DNA from: Candidatus Micrarchaeota archaeon
Lineage (GTDB): Archaea; Micrarchaeota; Micrarchaeia; Anstonellales; Bilamarchaeaceae
Length of the DNA stretch: 64,000 nucleotides
Reading direction: 5' to 3'
NCBI GenBank assembly: GCA_040753215.1
Contig: JBFMEZ010000029.1
Coordinates: 44,021 to 108,020, forward strand
Position 1 is the stretch's first letter. Every line of letters starts with the position of its first letter. The notes beneath the pieces were generated by a model. It saw only the letters and a program-made list of their open reading frames with translations. It did no database searches and had not been told where the DNA came from. The position numbers and the translations under genes were made by a program. Below, piece after piece: positions 37,118 to 47,024 of this stretch.

Positions 37118-38665
37118 TCAGGAAATGCCGGCAAGTTCATCATAGTACTTAATGCGCGGGTTCGCCTTGAAAAGAGCCTGCAGCTCCCCAATCCGTGCGC
37201 GCCTTTCCTCAGGAGCCAGGCCCAGCCACATCGGCATATCTTCTCTTCTCAATACGCCCAACATCTGTTCTGTGCATAAGCCGGTCATCAGCATCTGCAG
37301 AAGAGTGAGGTATGCACGGTCATCCTCTATATTGGGCCAGAGCCATTCAGCATGACGGGTGTGGTCCTGGAATTCGCTGTCGAGGATTTGCCTGTATCCG
37401 GGCAGTGCGTTGAGTCCTGTGCCCAGCTCCTCAAACGTTTTCGTAAGCCTGTAGCCAACGAACAAATGCAGATTGTGCATCTGCGTATCAAAAGGGGGCG
37501 TCAGCCTGAGTATCGTTTCTATTGTTTGCCGCATATCTTCTGCTGTTTCAAACGGGCTGTTGATTATGAAATCAATAGCTGGGGTGTCAATCCGGCCCTC
37601 CCTGGCAGCTTTGGCAGTGAACTCCGCCATATGCCTTATCGCCTCAAATGATGTTCCCAGCCTTCTATAATGCCTAAGCGCTTCCCTGCCTCCGCTCTGG
37701 TAACCGAAGTTCACCTGCTTCAAACCAGCGTCGATAAGTGCGCCAACCAGCTCTCCATTGAAGACAAAGGTCATCGGGCTGAAGTACGCGAAAAACGGCC
37801 GTCTTATCTCTGATTTCCAGAAAGCGCAGAATAGCCCGAGCTCATCTTTCCCGGCTCTTTTCCCGTCCAGGAACCTGGGGAGGAAATCGTCGTCAAAGAA
37901 TACGACGTAGTCTATCAGGGGGTATTTTGTTACCATTTCCTTGACCCATTCCAGAAGTTTCGGCGTGCTCAATCGCCCTGGCGGGCCGCCATGGGTTTTG
38001 TCGAATGCGTTGAGCCTGTGGTTTATGCAATAGGCGCAGCTGAACCTGCATCTGCGGTCAGTAAACAGCCAGAGCGGGTATCTGGGCCCAATGATTGAAA
38101 AGTTATCGATGGCTGCAAACTCTTCTTCTGGCCGATCTATCTGGTGGATTGCACCGCCCCTCAGCACATAATGCATCCCTTTGGTAAAATCATAGTCCGG
38201 AGGCTGGATGGAATCGTGCCTTGGCGTAGCAGTTTCGAATTCCGGCGGAATCCTTTGACCTGCCTCCAGCATCCTTATCGCTTCTGGAAGCCAGATTTCG
38301 CCTTCCTGGTGGCAAACTGCATCAGCACCCATTTCATAGAATAATTGAGGTGATGCGAATGCCTGCACGCCCCCGACCAAGACAGGTTTCGCGGCAAGTT
38401 CCGGAGTGCTTTTAAGGAGGCGAATTAGCTGCCGTGCGCGCTCTACCCCGATTGCAGCCACGGATATCCCAATCCAGTCATCCTTCTCCACCGCCGTTTT
38501 TATCGCTGCAAGCTCCGCTTCATCATATAAGCTGTGGGCTGGAACTTTATTGAGGAAATAAAGTTTAGGCGGCCTGCCTGTTTCCTTCTCAAGGGCGCTG
38601 GAAAGATGCCTTGCGCCAAGCCCTCCTTTCTGAGGTATCAGTATTGAACCATTCATCTGTTTCAT
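37118..38665 (-). CDS. Radical SAM enzyme with B12-binding-like N-terminal domain
   Basis: VLVGGVQA...EGE; CRFSCAYC; FFDDDF; GYQSG. Confidence 0.85.
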   Translation of the reverse strand: MKQMNGSILIPQKGGLGARHLSSALEKETGRPPKLYFLNKVPAHSLYDEAELAAIKTAVEKDDWIGISVAAIGVERARQLIRLLKSTPELAAKPVLVGGVQAFASPQLFYEMGADAVCHQEGEIWLPEAIRMLEAGQRIPPEFETATPRHDSIQPPDYDFTKGMHYVLRGGAIHQIDRPEEEFAAIDNFSIIGPRYPLWLFTDRRCRFSCAYCINHRLNAFDKTHGGPPGRLSTPKLLEWVKEMVTKYPLIDYVVFFDDDFLPRFLDGKRAGKDELGLFCAFWKSEIRRPFFAYFSPMTFVFNGELVGALIDAGLKQVNFGYQSGGREALRHYRRLGTSFEAIRHMAEFTAKAAREGRIDTPAIDFIINSPFETAEDMRQTIETILRLTPPFDTQMHNLHLFVGYRLTKTFEELGTGLNALPGYRQILDSEFQDHTRHAEWLWPNIEDDRAYLTLLQMLMTGLCTEQMLGVLRREDMPMWLGLAPEERRARIGELQALFKANPRIKYYDELAGIS

Positions 38666-39429
38666 AGATATTCACCTGGCACTTCCGCCACTATCACATA
38701 GTCCCCTGCCTGCTGGTCTTCAAATTGAAAGGTGGTGGGCCATACTTTTGTCTGCCTGAGCACCACAAATCCCGCCCTCCCAAGATCTCCCATGAAGCGG
38801 GCGTAATCCACCTTCCATTCGTATTCCCGCCCCACTTCGAAATCCATCACCTGGTGAAGCAGCCCGATCACGTCCTCATCCATGCCCAGGGCTCGCGCCT
38901 CTTCAATGCGCTTCCCGTAGAAAAGCCGGGCGGCATCTGCATGCCCAGCCTCATCCGCATATGCGGGAAGTATATTCTCTGCGAAAACAACCCGCCCATC
39001 AAATTTCATGTGTTTTATGACCGTGCGCAGGAAACGCATCTTCCTTTCATCTTCTATATGATGGTAGGCCGAGCTGGCAATCACTACGTCTGCGGTGGCT
39101 CCCAAATGGCAATCTACCGCATCCCCGAGCACGAGCCGGACCCCTTCAACTCCGGCCAGCCTTTCTTTTGCGAAATCAAGGTATGACTGCTCAATATCAA
39201 TCCCAATGAAACGACCGATCTTAGGCTCCGGAAGCATGCGGCTGAAGATTTCGCACGTGCCGCAGCATAAATCTACTATTGTGGCCGTGCGCAGACGTAC
39301 AAGTTCCGCCCTTACTTCCTCCTTTGCCTTCTCGTAAAGCGCCTGCTCTCCCGGAACGCTTTCCACCTTTTGGAAAAGGCGGGCGTTTTTTGAATAAACG
39401 GCAGCCTGAAGGGGTTTTGTCTTCATCAT
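38662..39429 (-). CDS. Class I SAM-dependent methyltransferase
   Basis: IVDLCCGT, IGID, GDA, AYHH. Confidence 0.88.
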   Translation of the reverse strand: MMKTKPLQAAVYSKNARLFQKVESVPGEQALYEKAKEEVRAELVRLRTATIVDLCCGTCEIFSRMLPEPKIGRFIGIDIEQSYLDFAKERLAGVEGVRLVLGDAVDCHLGATADVVIASSAYHHIEDERKMRFLRTVIKHMKFDGRVVFAENILPAYADEAGHADAARLFYGKRIEEARALGMDEDVIGLLHQVMDFEVGREYEWKVDYARFMGDLGRAGFVVLRQTKVWPTTFQFEDQQAGDYVIVAEVPGEYL

Positions 39430-39561
39430 TTTTCATCATCGTTCTTGCGGCTTTATCCGCTTTTCTGAACTTACTACCACTCATCATATATTAATAATCT
39501 TTGATTAAAAAATCTAGAAAAATTACAAAGATTTAAGAAATATTGTAGGTATAATAGAAAT

Positions 39562-40566
39562 ATGGAAAATCAGCCCGTGAAGCTGGACAAAATAGACTAC
39601 AAAATACTCGCGGAACTGGATTTTGACAGCCGCCTCCCCAGCTCAAAGATCGCTAAGAAGCTGAAGCTCTCAAGAAACATAGTTGATTACCGGATAAAGC
39701 AGCTGGTGGAGAAGGGCGTGATAATGGCGTTCAATACCTTCATTGACCCCGCGAAATTCAACCTAATTAGCTGGAAGGTATATGTTCGCTATCAGAATAT
39801 GACTCCGGAGAAAGAGAAGGAACTTCTCCAATATCTGGAAAAGCACCCTAAAGTATGGTGGATAATAAGGTGCGCGGGCGCGTACGATGTGATGTTCTGC
39901 CTCCTTGCGGAAACCATCCATGATTTCTACCAGGAGATGCTCGGGTTCAATACCCTATTCGGCACTTATGTGGCGGAAACAGAGCTCACGAGCCACATAG
40001 ACCCGGAGTTCTATACGCGAGGCTATCTGGGAAAGGAATCTGTTATTCCATCCAAGCCTTTCCTTGTAAAACCCACAAAAATGCAATTTGACGAGCTGGA
40101 CATCAAGCTGTTTGATTTGCTGGGAAGAAACTGCAGGATGCCGATTACTGAAATGGCAAAGAAACTGGGTTCCACTCCGCGAATAATCAAATACAAGATG
40201 GACAAGTGGGAAAAGGAAGAGGTCCTTACCTGGAACAGGATAATTTTGGATGCTTCCAAGCTGGGGAGGGAGTATTACAAAACGCTGGTGAATTTTAAGG
40301 ATATTACGCGTGAAAAGGAGAAAAAGTTCATCGGTTTCTGCAGGGTGCATCCCGACATCATCAATATCTCCCGGGCTGCTGGCCCATGGGACTTTGAATT
40401 TGAATGCGAGGTGGAGAGCTATCATAAGTATAATGAGCTGATGCAAGGAATGCGGGTGGCCTTCCCGGATATCATAAAGCAATACCGAAGCCTGCTGATT
40501 TACGAGCAGCTGAAGTTTGAGAACAATTTCATAAGGTACGGGATGGAGAGCAGAAAGACCGCCTAA
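39562..40566 (+). CDS. Tandem Lrp/AsnC-family regulator
   Basis: Two HTH-RAM units (LDKIDYKIL; DELDIKLF; GPWDF). Confidence 0.9.
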   Translation: MENQPVKLDKIDYKILAELDFDSRLPSSKIAKKLKLSRNIVDYRIKQLVEKGVIMAFNTFIDPAKFNLISWKVYVRYQNMTPEKEKELLQYLEKHPKVWWIIRCAGAYDVMFCLLAETIHDFYQEMLGFNTLFGTYVAETELTSHIDPEFYTRGYLGKESVIPSKPFLVKPTKMQFDELDIKLFDLLGRNCRMPITEMAKKLGSTPRIIKYKMDKWEKEEVLTWNRIILDASKLGREYYKTLVNFKDITREKEKKFIGFCRVHPDIINISRAAGPWDFEFECEVESYHKYNELMQGMRVAFPDIIKQYRSLLIYEQLKFENNFIRYGMESRKTA

Positions 40567-40600
40567 TCGGATATAGTCGCTCGTTCTTGAATCGTAAATC

Positions 40601-40701
40601 CTATCGGATTTCAGTATCGCTGCGGCGATATCTGGCAGAATTCTGCGGAATTCCGCCATCCGATAGCGGGCAAAGTTTCCGGATTTTGTCCTCGCCTTCC
40701 G
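40601..40701. repeat. Three-way-junction palindrome with two cTGCGg loops
   Basis: CTATCGGAT/ATCCGATAG outer stem; TATCGC-TGCG-GCGATA; GAATTC-TGCG-GAATTC. Confidence 0.75.
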
Positions 40702-40796
40702 GCGTTTCAATCTTGCCTGCTACCGAAGCGCGTGATAATCTCCGTAGAACCGGAAAAGAAGAAGGAAGAGGGCGGGATTGGGCGTTCCTGGGCCGG

Positions 40797-40994
40797 TTAT
40801 CTGCCAGCCTTTGCGAGCCCCGCCTTCCAGTTCTTATTGATTGAGGAATAGACCGACTTGAAGAGTGCTGCCTGCTTCCCGGACCATACGCGGTTCGGCT
40901 TTGATTTTATCCACCCGGCCATGATATCTATTATCCTGAGCGAATCCGAAAGGTCCTTCTCACGTTCCTCGCCGAGCTTTTTCAGGTCAACCAT
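40797..40994 (-). CDS. Small protein coupled to the nucleotidyltransferase
   Basis: 65 aa from MVDLKKL; overlaps the upstream stop. Confidence 0.6.
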   Translation of the reverse strand: MVDLKKLGEEREKDLSDSLRIIDIMAGWIKSKPNRVWSGKQAALFKSVYSSINKNWKAGLAKAGR

Positions 40995-41595
40995 GCAGCT
41001 CACCCAGGTGACGCATCTTCTCTTCCACACCCAATTTCCTGCAGAAATAGACGAGCTTGTTCTTATCAACCTTTTCCCCGAACAGGTCGTAAAGGAAGCG
41101 GGCATCCTCGATGTCCTTCTTTGTGCCGAGATACAGCTTATATGGAATCTGCATCTCAAGCGGCGAAATCCTTATCCTGTGCCTGTTGTTGAGTTCCACC
41201 TCGGTTGCATGGGAAAGCGAATATTCGTCAAGTTCGTTTTTCGCAGGCTTCAGCTCTATGTTCGGGGAGATCGTATCCTTCTTCGCAATCCTTATCGCGG
41301 AATTCTCCTTAAGAAGCGCCATCGCCTGCGGGAGGGTGCGCGCATTGAGCAGCCAGTAATCTTCTGAAATGATATCATACAGCTTCTCCACCCCGACCAT
41401 GTCTTCCCGCCTGAATATCACGTCTATGTCTTCCGTGATCCTCTCGCGCCCGAAAAGCAGCGCGGTGTACCCGGAAACTATCACATAATCTATCCCGGCC
41501 TTCTCCAGGAGCTTTACGAACTCTATCGTGAACGTATCCACAACTGAAAGGATGCGGGAGAGCTTTATCGTATTCCCCTCAAAGGCAACGTTCAT
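40987..41595 (-). CDS. Pol-beta-fold nucleotidyltransferase
   Basis: YVIVSGY...GRERITEDIDVI; YKLYLG..KDIED. Confidence 0.8.
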   Translation of the reverse strand: MNVAFEGNTIKLSRILSVVDTFTIEFVKLLEKAGIDYVIVSGYTALLFGRERITEDIDVIFRREDMVGVEKLYDIISEDYWLLNARTLPQAMALLKENSAIRIAKKDTISPNIELKPAKNELDEYSLSHATEVELNNRHRIRISPLEMQIPYKLYLGTKKDIEDARFLYDLFGEKVDKNKLVYFCRKLGVEEKMRHLGELHG

Positions 41596-41660
41596 GCCGG
41601 CATTTTGCATGAGGGCGTTTATAATTGTTCTTGGGCCGCAATGCCGCCTTGGCACACCTC

Positions 41661-43619
41661 CTAGCGCATCGCGTGATAATTCCCGAATATATCCTTCCTA
41701 GCATCATAAGCCAGCTTCCGGGGCTTGTCCGCATCCACATCTATTTTCTCCCCCGGCTCGTCAATCATCGGGTCAGGAAAGCCGGGCTTTTTGTCCGACG
41801 GGGGCTTCTCTTCAGGCCCGGCCCCTTTCCCTTGCGCTTGCCCTTCTCCCTCATCCTTAGTGGGCTCATGCAGCCCCCAGCTTTTCATGTCCACTATCCT
41901 CATCTTCATCGGGAGCATGTAATTCCTTCCGTCATACAGCCGCACAATGCACTCTCTCTGGTTGAGCCGTATGAACATCTCCTTCTTGGATTCTTCCAGC
42001 TCCGCCTGCGCGCGGTGCTTCTTGAAGTACTCTTCCAGCTTGATTTCCATCACCGAGCTCAGCATCGCGGCATCCTGCCTGTTAAGCTTGAACGCAATCA
42101 GATTCCTGGTGTTCGACACTATCCCATCCAGCACCTCCTTGCTCAGCTGCCCAAGGTACTGGCACGAAAGGTACGCATAAAGGTTGAATTTCCTCGTCTC
42201 CGAGAGTATGTCCCTCGTAACCCTCGTCTCCACTCTCGGGAACTCATCCACCACCAATATTGTGGGCTTGTCCATCAGCTTGCCCGTAATCGCCAGTATG
42301 TACATCTGGTTGATTATCGCCCCTGCAAGGAAACTAATCATCCTCCTCCCGAAGAAGTGCGGGTCGAAGCTCACCACCGTAATCCTGTTCTTCTCCAGAA
42401 GCTCCGCAAGCCTCTCCAGCTTCTTCTCCTTCCCCAGGTACAATTGGTATTCCCCTATGAAATTCAGTATGGGCAGTATCGCGGAGTTGAAGTGGTGTAT
42501 GTAAATATCATTATACTCCTCGTCAAAGAACCTCTTCACCTCCTCGTTGTCGCACATGCTCACGAACTCCGCCTTCGCCGTCGCATCAGTGAGCAGCGCG
42601 CTTACGTTCATCAAATCTAGCTTGTCTATTGAGCTGAGCAGATGCACCGCGTAGAAAAGCACCCTCTCCGAATATTTGTTCTCCTGCCCTATAGATGATG
42701 CAATCAGTTGCGAAATCAATTGCGTAAGCATAGGCGTCTTCTGCCCGCCCACATCCAGCGGCTCTATGTAATTCTTTACAAAATCCACCATCTTCGTCCC
42801 CTTGAAGGTTTTGGTAAACTCCCCATGCGGGTCGATCACTATTATCCTGGCCCCATCCTTGTACTTCGCCTCAATCGCCTTCAGCAGCACGTAGAGCGCC
42901 TTGGTCTTCCCGGAGCCCGAAGTCCCCGCAACCAGCGTATGCTGCATCGGGTCGTAATTATCCACGCCCATCGTCACCCCGCTCTCCTCAAACACCGGGA
43001 ACCTTGAGCTAGTATGTATCCTTTTCGGAATCGGGTCCAGCACCTCTATGTATATGGAGGAATTCTCCTCCAGGTTTATCCTGAAGAACTTCTCCGGGTC
43101 GGTCACCAGCACGCTCCTCTTCCTGCCCTTCTCGTCAATCGCATCCCCTGCTGCCACGAACCCGCCCAGCACCTTGCTCAGGTCCATCGCCAGCTCCTCC
43201 ACATTCTCCTTCAGCATGAAATCCAGGAAACCATACGCCCCCCCGTTGATCTTGTAGAACTTTGAGAGGACGGCCGCCTTCCCCTTCACTTGTTCCATCT
43301 CCCCCAGCTCTGCGAACCTGAACGGAAACACCAGCGCCGCCATGTCCTGCAGCCCCTTCTTCTCCCTTATATAGAATTTCACGGTGTTGTTCTTCCTCCG
43401 CACAATGAGCCTAAACGCATTGAGCGAAAGCACCCCCGAGAAATCCAGGAAGCCGAAAAGCGGAAGCCTCGCCTTCACCAGCTGCTCGAAGAACGCCCTC
43501 ATGTCCTCCTCATCCACCTTCTCCGAGTAGAGGTGCATCTCGCGGACAGCCAGCCTCCTGGCTGCCTCCTCCTCCCTGCTCAGGGTAATCTTCATTCCTG
43601 TTGGCAAGCGCAATTCCAT
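41661..43619 (-). CDS. HerA/VirD4-like P-loop ATPase (DUF87-type)
   Basis: HTLVAGTSGSGKT, VIDPHGE, VVDEF, ETRKF, CQYLGQL. Confidence 0.85.
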   Translation of the reverse strand: MELRLPTGMKITLSREEEAARRLAVREMHLYSEKVDEEDMRAFFEQLVKARLPLFGFLDFSGVLSLNAFRLIVRRKNNTVKFYIREKKGLQDMAALVFPFRFAELGEMEQVKGKAAVLSKFYKINGGAYGFLDFMLKENVEELAMDLSKVLGGFVAAGDAIDEKGRKRSVLVTDPEKFFRINLEENSSIYIEVLDPIPKRIHTSSRFPVFEESGVTMGVDNYDPMQHTLVAGTSGSGKTKALYVLLKAIEAKYKDGARIIVIDPHGEFTKTFKGTKMVDFVKNYIEPLDVGGQKTPMLTQLISQLIASSIGQENKYSERVLFYAVHLLSSIDKLDLMNVSALLTDATAKAEFVSMCDNEEVKRFFDEEYNDIYIHHFNSAILPILNFIGEYQLYLGKEKKLERLAELLEKNRITVVSFDPHFFGRRMISFLAGAIINQMYILAITGKLMDKPTILVVDEFPRVETRVTRDILSETRKFNLYAYLSCQYLGQLSKEVLDGIVSNTRNLIAFKLNRQDAAMLSSVMEIKLEEYFKKHRAQAELEESKKEMFIRLNQRECIVRLYDGRNYMLPMKMRIVDMKSWGLHEPTKDEGEGQAQGKGAGPEEKPPSDKKPGFPDPMIDEPGEKIDVDADKPRKLAYDARKDIFGNYHAMR

Positions 43620-43854
43620 TATCTCACGTTCATATACTTATTGAAACGGGGATATATTCCTAGTCCCGCTCCATAGCGGGTTTCACCATCCTCCAGCTTT
43701 CCGTCGTTGCCCTTCCCATGCCAATTCCGCGCGTTCCTTCTATTTAAGAATTCACTACTATGCGCGTATACTAGCAGTAACGAAAAAGGAGGTGCGCCCA
43801 GAGAACCCATTACCACCATGCTTTCCATCCAGCGATTTTCGTATTAATACAATT

Positions 43855-43875
43855 GTGGTATCGTAGCGATACCAC
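43855..43875. promoter_or_regulatory. 9-bp inverted repeat upstream of the TrmB gene TATA box
   Basis: GTGGTATCG-tag-CGATACCAC followed by TATTAAAA. Confidence 0.55.
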
Positions 43876-43910
43876 TACATATTAAAACAGCCCCGCCCCA
43901 CTCATTACCC

Positions 43911-44681
43911 ATGAAAATCAGCGATTTGTTCAGGGAGATAGGCTTCTCGGAGGGTGAAGGCAAGGTATACCAGGCCATCCTCACGCACCTTTCCCCGACC
44001 CTCCAGTCCATCCACGAAGAGACCGGGATAGAGAGAAGGAACGTCTACGACATCGTAAACAAGCTCATCTCAAAGGGGCTGGTCACCTACCAGATGGAGA
44101 ACAGGAAGAAGACCTACCACACGACCCACCCAAGCAAAATACTGAACTACCTAGAAGAGCGGGAAGGTGAGATAACGAATGCAAAAAACATGGTGAATGC
44201 AGAGCTCGGCCAGCTTGTGAATATGTACGAGGGCAGCAAGGAGGAGTTCCACACGGAGATTTACAGGGGGAACGAGGGCATGAAGGCTGTTTTTGAGGAT
44301 ATACTGAATTATAAGCACTACTACCTTATAGGAGGGAATTTTGGCGTTATGAGATTCCTTGGCGAAGCATTCTTGAACAGATGGCATGCAAAAAGGGAGA
44401 AAAAGAAAATCTGGATTCACGACATAATAAGGTACCAGAGCTTTATTGGCGAAGGGGCGATTCCTGAATTTACCAAGAACCTAAAATACTGGGAATACAA
44501 GATGCTCCCCAAGGAATTCTGGTCCCCCCACGTGATTTTCATATACGGGGACAAGGTTGTGAATGTATTTTGGGGCGAACAAAGCTTCGCATTCCTCATC
44601 CAGAACGAGGGCATCGCGAAGAGCTATATGGACTATTTCAACTATCTGTGGAAAACCCTGCCTAGCCCCAAAAGGCGATGA
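43911..44681 (+). CDS. TrmB-family transcriptional regulator
   Basis: IGFSEGEGKVY, TGIERRNVYD, IYGDKV. Confidence 0.9.
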   Translation: MKISDLFREIGFSEGEGKVYQAILTHLSPTLQSIHEETGIERRNVYDIVNKLISKGLVTYQMENRKKTYHTTHPSKILNYLEEREGEITNAKNMVNAELGQLVNMYEGSKEEFHTEIYRGNEGMKAVFEDILNYKHYYLIGGNFGVMRFLGEAFLNRWHAKREKKKIWIHDIIRYQSFIGEGAIPEFTKNLKYWEYKMLPKEFWSPHVIFIYGDKVVNVFWGEQSFAFLIQNEGIAKSYMDYFNYLWKTLPSPKRR

Positions 44682-44682
44682 C

Positions 44683-46230
44683 ATGCACTCCGCAATATAC
44701 GAACGCCTCAACACAAAATGGAAAGAGGCATGCAAAATACTGTTTAGAGAGGAGGTCGGCAACCTCCGCGTATATGAAGGCTGGCTTTCCGAATGCATTG
44801 AGCCTGTATCCGTACAAAAATCCCAAATTCCAGGCAAAGAAGTAGTAGCGGTGGGCGATTACCGCGGCTCAAAACTCATCTCCTTCGCAGATATCGACTT
44901 CTTCAGAAAATACCCTCCTCTCAGCATAAATGACATAAAGGACATAGACAGCATAATCCGCGCGGCGCGGGAAAGGGCCGAATATGCGGGCAACATAGTG
45001 CTCGGCAACTCCTCAAATGCCGAATCCAGCACCGGGATAGAAGACTGCAGCAACATCCTTTCCTCCCACACATACAACTCTTCCCAGGATGTGGCCTTCT
45101 CCACGCTGGGCAGGGTAGATGAGTCAGTCTTCGGCTGCGTCCTTGTCGGGCAATCCAGCTTTTCCATAAAGACCGTGCTAGGACGGCACCTGGCCCGCAC
45201 CCTCGAATCTTCCTATGCGCTCGAATGCTCCGACATATATTTCTCCCACCAGATGCGCGGCTGCTCGGAATGCATGTTTTCCTTCAACCTCCGCGGCAAG
45301 AGGCACGTAATAGGCAATGTCCAGCTTCCCCAGGACAAATACCAATCCATAAAGAAAAAGCTCCTCCCCGAGCTTGCGGATGAGCTGAAGAAAAACAAGA
45401 GGCTCAGGCCGTTGAGGGATTTCATCCCCAGGGAGCCGCCCCAAGCCGCGCGTCCCGCCCCCCAAAGCCCCGTGCACATGCCTCAGGCGGCCCCGGACCT
45501 TAAGATGGTGGAGGACGCCTTCCAAAAAACAACCGATCTCATATTCGGCAGGAAGCTCCAGGGCATCTCCTCCTTCGGCCCCTACCTCTCCAGGCACACC
45601 CGGTGCGACCCCAAGGCCCGCGGGATGGCGCTCAACAAGCTGTTCCCAGAAGGCAAAAGAACGGTAAGCCTTGAAGAGCACGGCTCATATTCGCACCCGC
45701 AGGCCTGGCCCGAAGCCCTGGATATCGGCTCTTTCGGCCTTTCCAACGTCGGAACGCTCATAAGCCCAATCGCCTTTTTCTGCCCGGACATCCAGGAGCA
45801 ATCCTCCAACATGGTCGAGTGCTCCAATTTCACCAATTCCTACCATTGCTTCCACTCCAGCAATTTATACTTCGTAAAATTCGCCGCTTATTCCTTCTGG
45901 CCCAGGGACTGCGAACACGTTTTCGGCTGCGACTCCCTCCGCACCTCCTCCTTCTGCATAAACTGCTACAACTCGTTCAAGCTTAGCCGCTGTTTTGAAG
46001 TGGATACCTCCCAGGACTGCACCGGCTCCTATTTCCTGCATAACTGCGAGAACGTCCACGACTCGATGTTCTGCTTTAACGTAAAGAACAAGAGGTATGC
46101 GATAGGAAATGCAGAAGTTGGCAAGGAGAAATTCTTCGAAGCAAAGAAGGCCCTTCAACTCTGGCTGCTTTCCCAGTTGGAGAAGAAGGGCTCCGTGGAT
46201 TTGGACATTTACAATATCAATAAGAAATAA
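44683..46230 (+). CDS. Cys/Ser-rich internally duplicated repeat protein, paralog 3
   Basis: Same motifs; start 1 nt after the TrmB stop. Confidence 0.85.
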   Translation: MHSAIYERLNTKWKEACKILFREEVGNLRVYEGWLSECIEPVSVQKSQIPGKEVVAVGDYRGSKLISFADIDFFRKYPPLSINDIKDIDSIIRAARERAEYAGNIVLGNSSNAESSTGIEDCSNILSSHTYNSSQDVAFSTLGRVDESVFGCVLVGQSSFSIKTVLGRHLARTLESSYALECSDIYFSHQMRGCSECMFSFNLRGKRHVIGNVQLPQDKYQSIKKKLLPELADELKKNKRLRPLRDFIPREPPQAARPAPQSPVHMPQAAPDLKMVEDAFQKTTDLIFGRKLQGISSFGPYLSRHTRCDPKARGMALNKLFPEGKRTVSLEEHGSYSHPQAWPEALDIGSFGLSNVGTLISPIAFFCPDIQEQSSNMVECSNFTNSYHCFHSSNLYFVKFAAYSFWPRDCEHVFGCDSLRTSSFCINCYNSFKLSRCFEVDTSQDCTGSYFLHNCENVHDSMFCFNVKNKRYAIGNAEVGKEKFFEAKKALQLWLLSQLEKKGSVDLDIYNINKK

Positions 46231-46271
46231 TCGCAGCAGCTTTAAAAATTCACTACTATATAATCATAATA

Positions 46272-47024
46272 GTGAAAGAAATAGAAGAAATCCTGAAGAA
46301 AGTGGGCCTAACCACGCAGGAATCCCGCGTATACCTTGCGCTCCTTGAGCTCCAAGAGGCGCAGACCGGCCGCCTCTGCTCCTTCACCGGCATAGCCAGC
46401 TCCAACATCTACAACATCCTCCGCTCCCTCATGCAAAAGGGCCTCGCAAGCTACCGTGTGCAGAACAATACCCGCGTCTTTCTCCCCGCCTCACCAGATG
46501 CGCTGAACGAGCTTTTCCTTGAAAAGCAGAAGAAACTTGATGAGGAACGCCGCGAGGTCACAGCGCTCGTCTCCAGCCTGAAGAAGAGAAAGGTTGAGAC
46601 CGAACCCTACTCCAATTACAAATACTACGAAGGAATTTCTGGCGTAAAATCCATGTGGCATGAAATCAACGGCTTCATGTCCCCGGACTCAACCGCCCTT
46701 GTATACACCTCCCGCCGCGCAGCCTATGAAAAATTGATAAGCTTCTACGACGTACACCATAAAATGCGCCGTGAAAAGGGGATAAAGGAGCTTATGGTTT
46801 TCCCGGACGAGGACAGGGAACTCGGCCACAAGCGACGCAACAGATATACGGAAGTCCGCTTCAGCAGCATAAAAAGCGACGCAGAATGGGGCATTATAAG
46901 GGACCGCCTCTACATCCAGTACATCACCGGAAAAGTCCCCCGCGCATTCCTCATAAAAGACGAGACCTTCGCCAACACCTTCCGCGAGGTCTTCTCAAAG
47001 CTCTGGGAGCGTGCAAAGCCATGA
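46272..47024 (+). CDS. TrmB-family transcriptional regulator
   Basis: VGLTTQESRVYLALL, YEGISGVK; GTG start. Confidence 0.9.
   Translation: MKEIEEILKKVGLTTQESRVYLALLELQEAQTGRLCSFTGIASSNIYNILRSLMQKGLASYRVQNNTRVFLPASPDALNELFLEKQKKLDEERREVTALVSSLKKRKVETEPYSNYKYYEGISGVKSMWHEINGFMSPDSTALVYTSRRAAYEKLISFYDVHHKMRREKGIKELMVFPDEDRELGHKRRNRYTEVRFSSIKSDAEWGIIRDRLYIQYITGKVPRAFLIKDETFANTFREVFSKLWERAKP

Noticed and set aside
39420..39490. Three ATGATGA copies and an A5 run upstream of the methyltransferase (minus strand) as a frameshift or start duplication
   Set aside because: Match is too short and AT-rich, and no element modules are present
43619..43828. 69-aa minus-strand ORF with a CCCGCT/AGCGGG hairpin ending at the ATPase start as another coupling insert
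   Set aside because: No convincing duplication of the ATPase start and only weak module similarity
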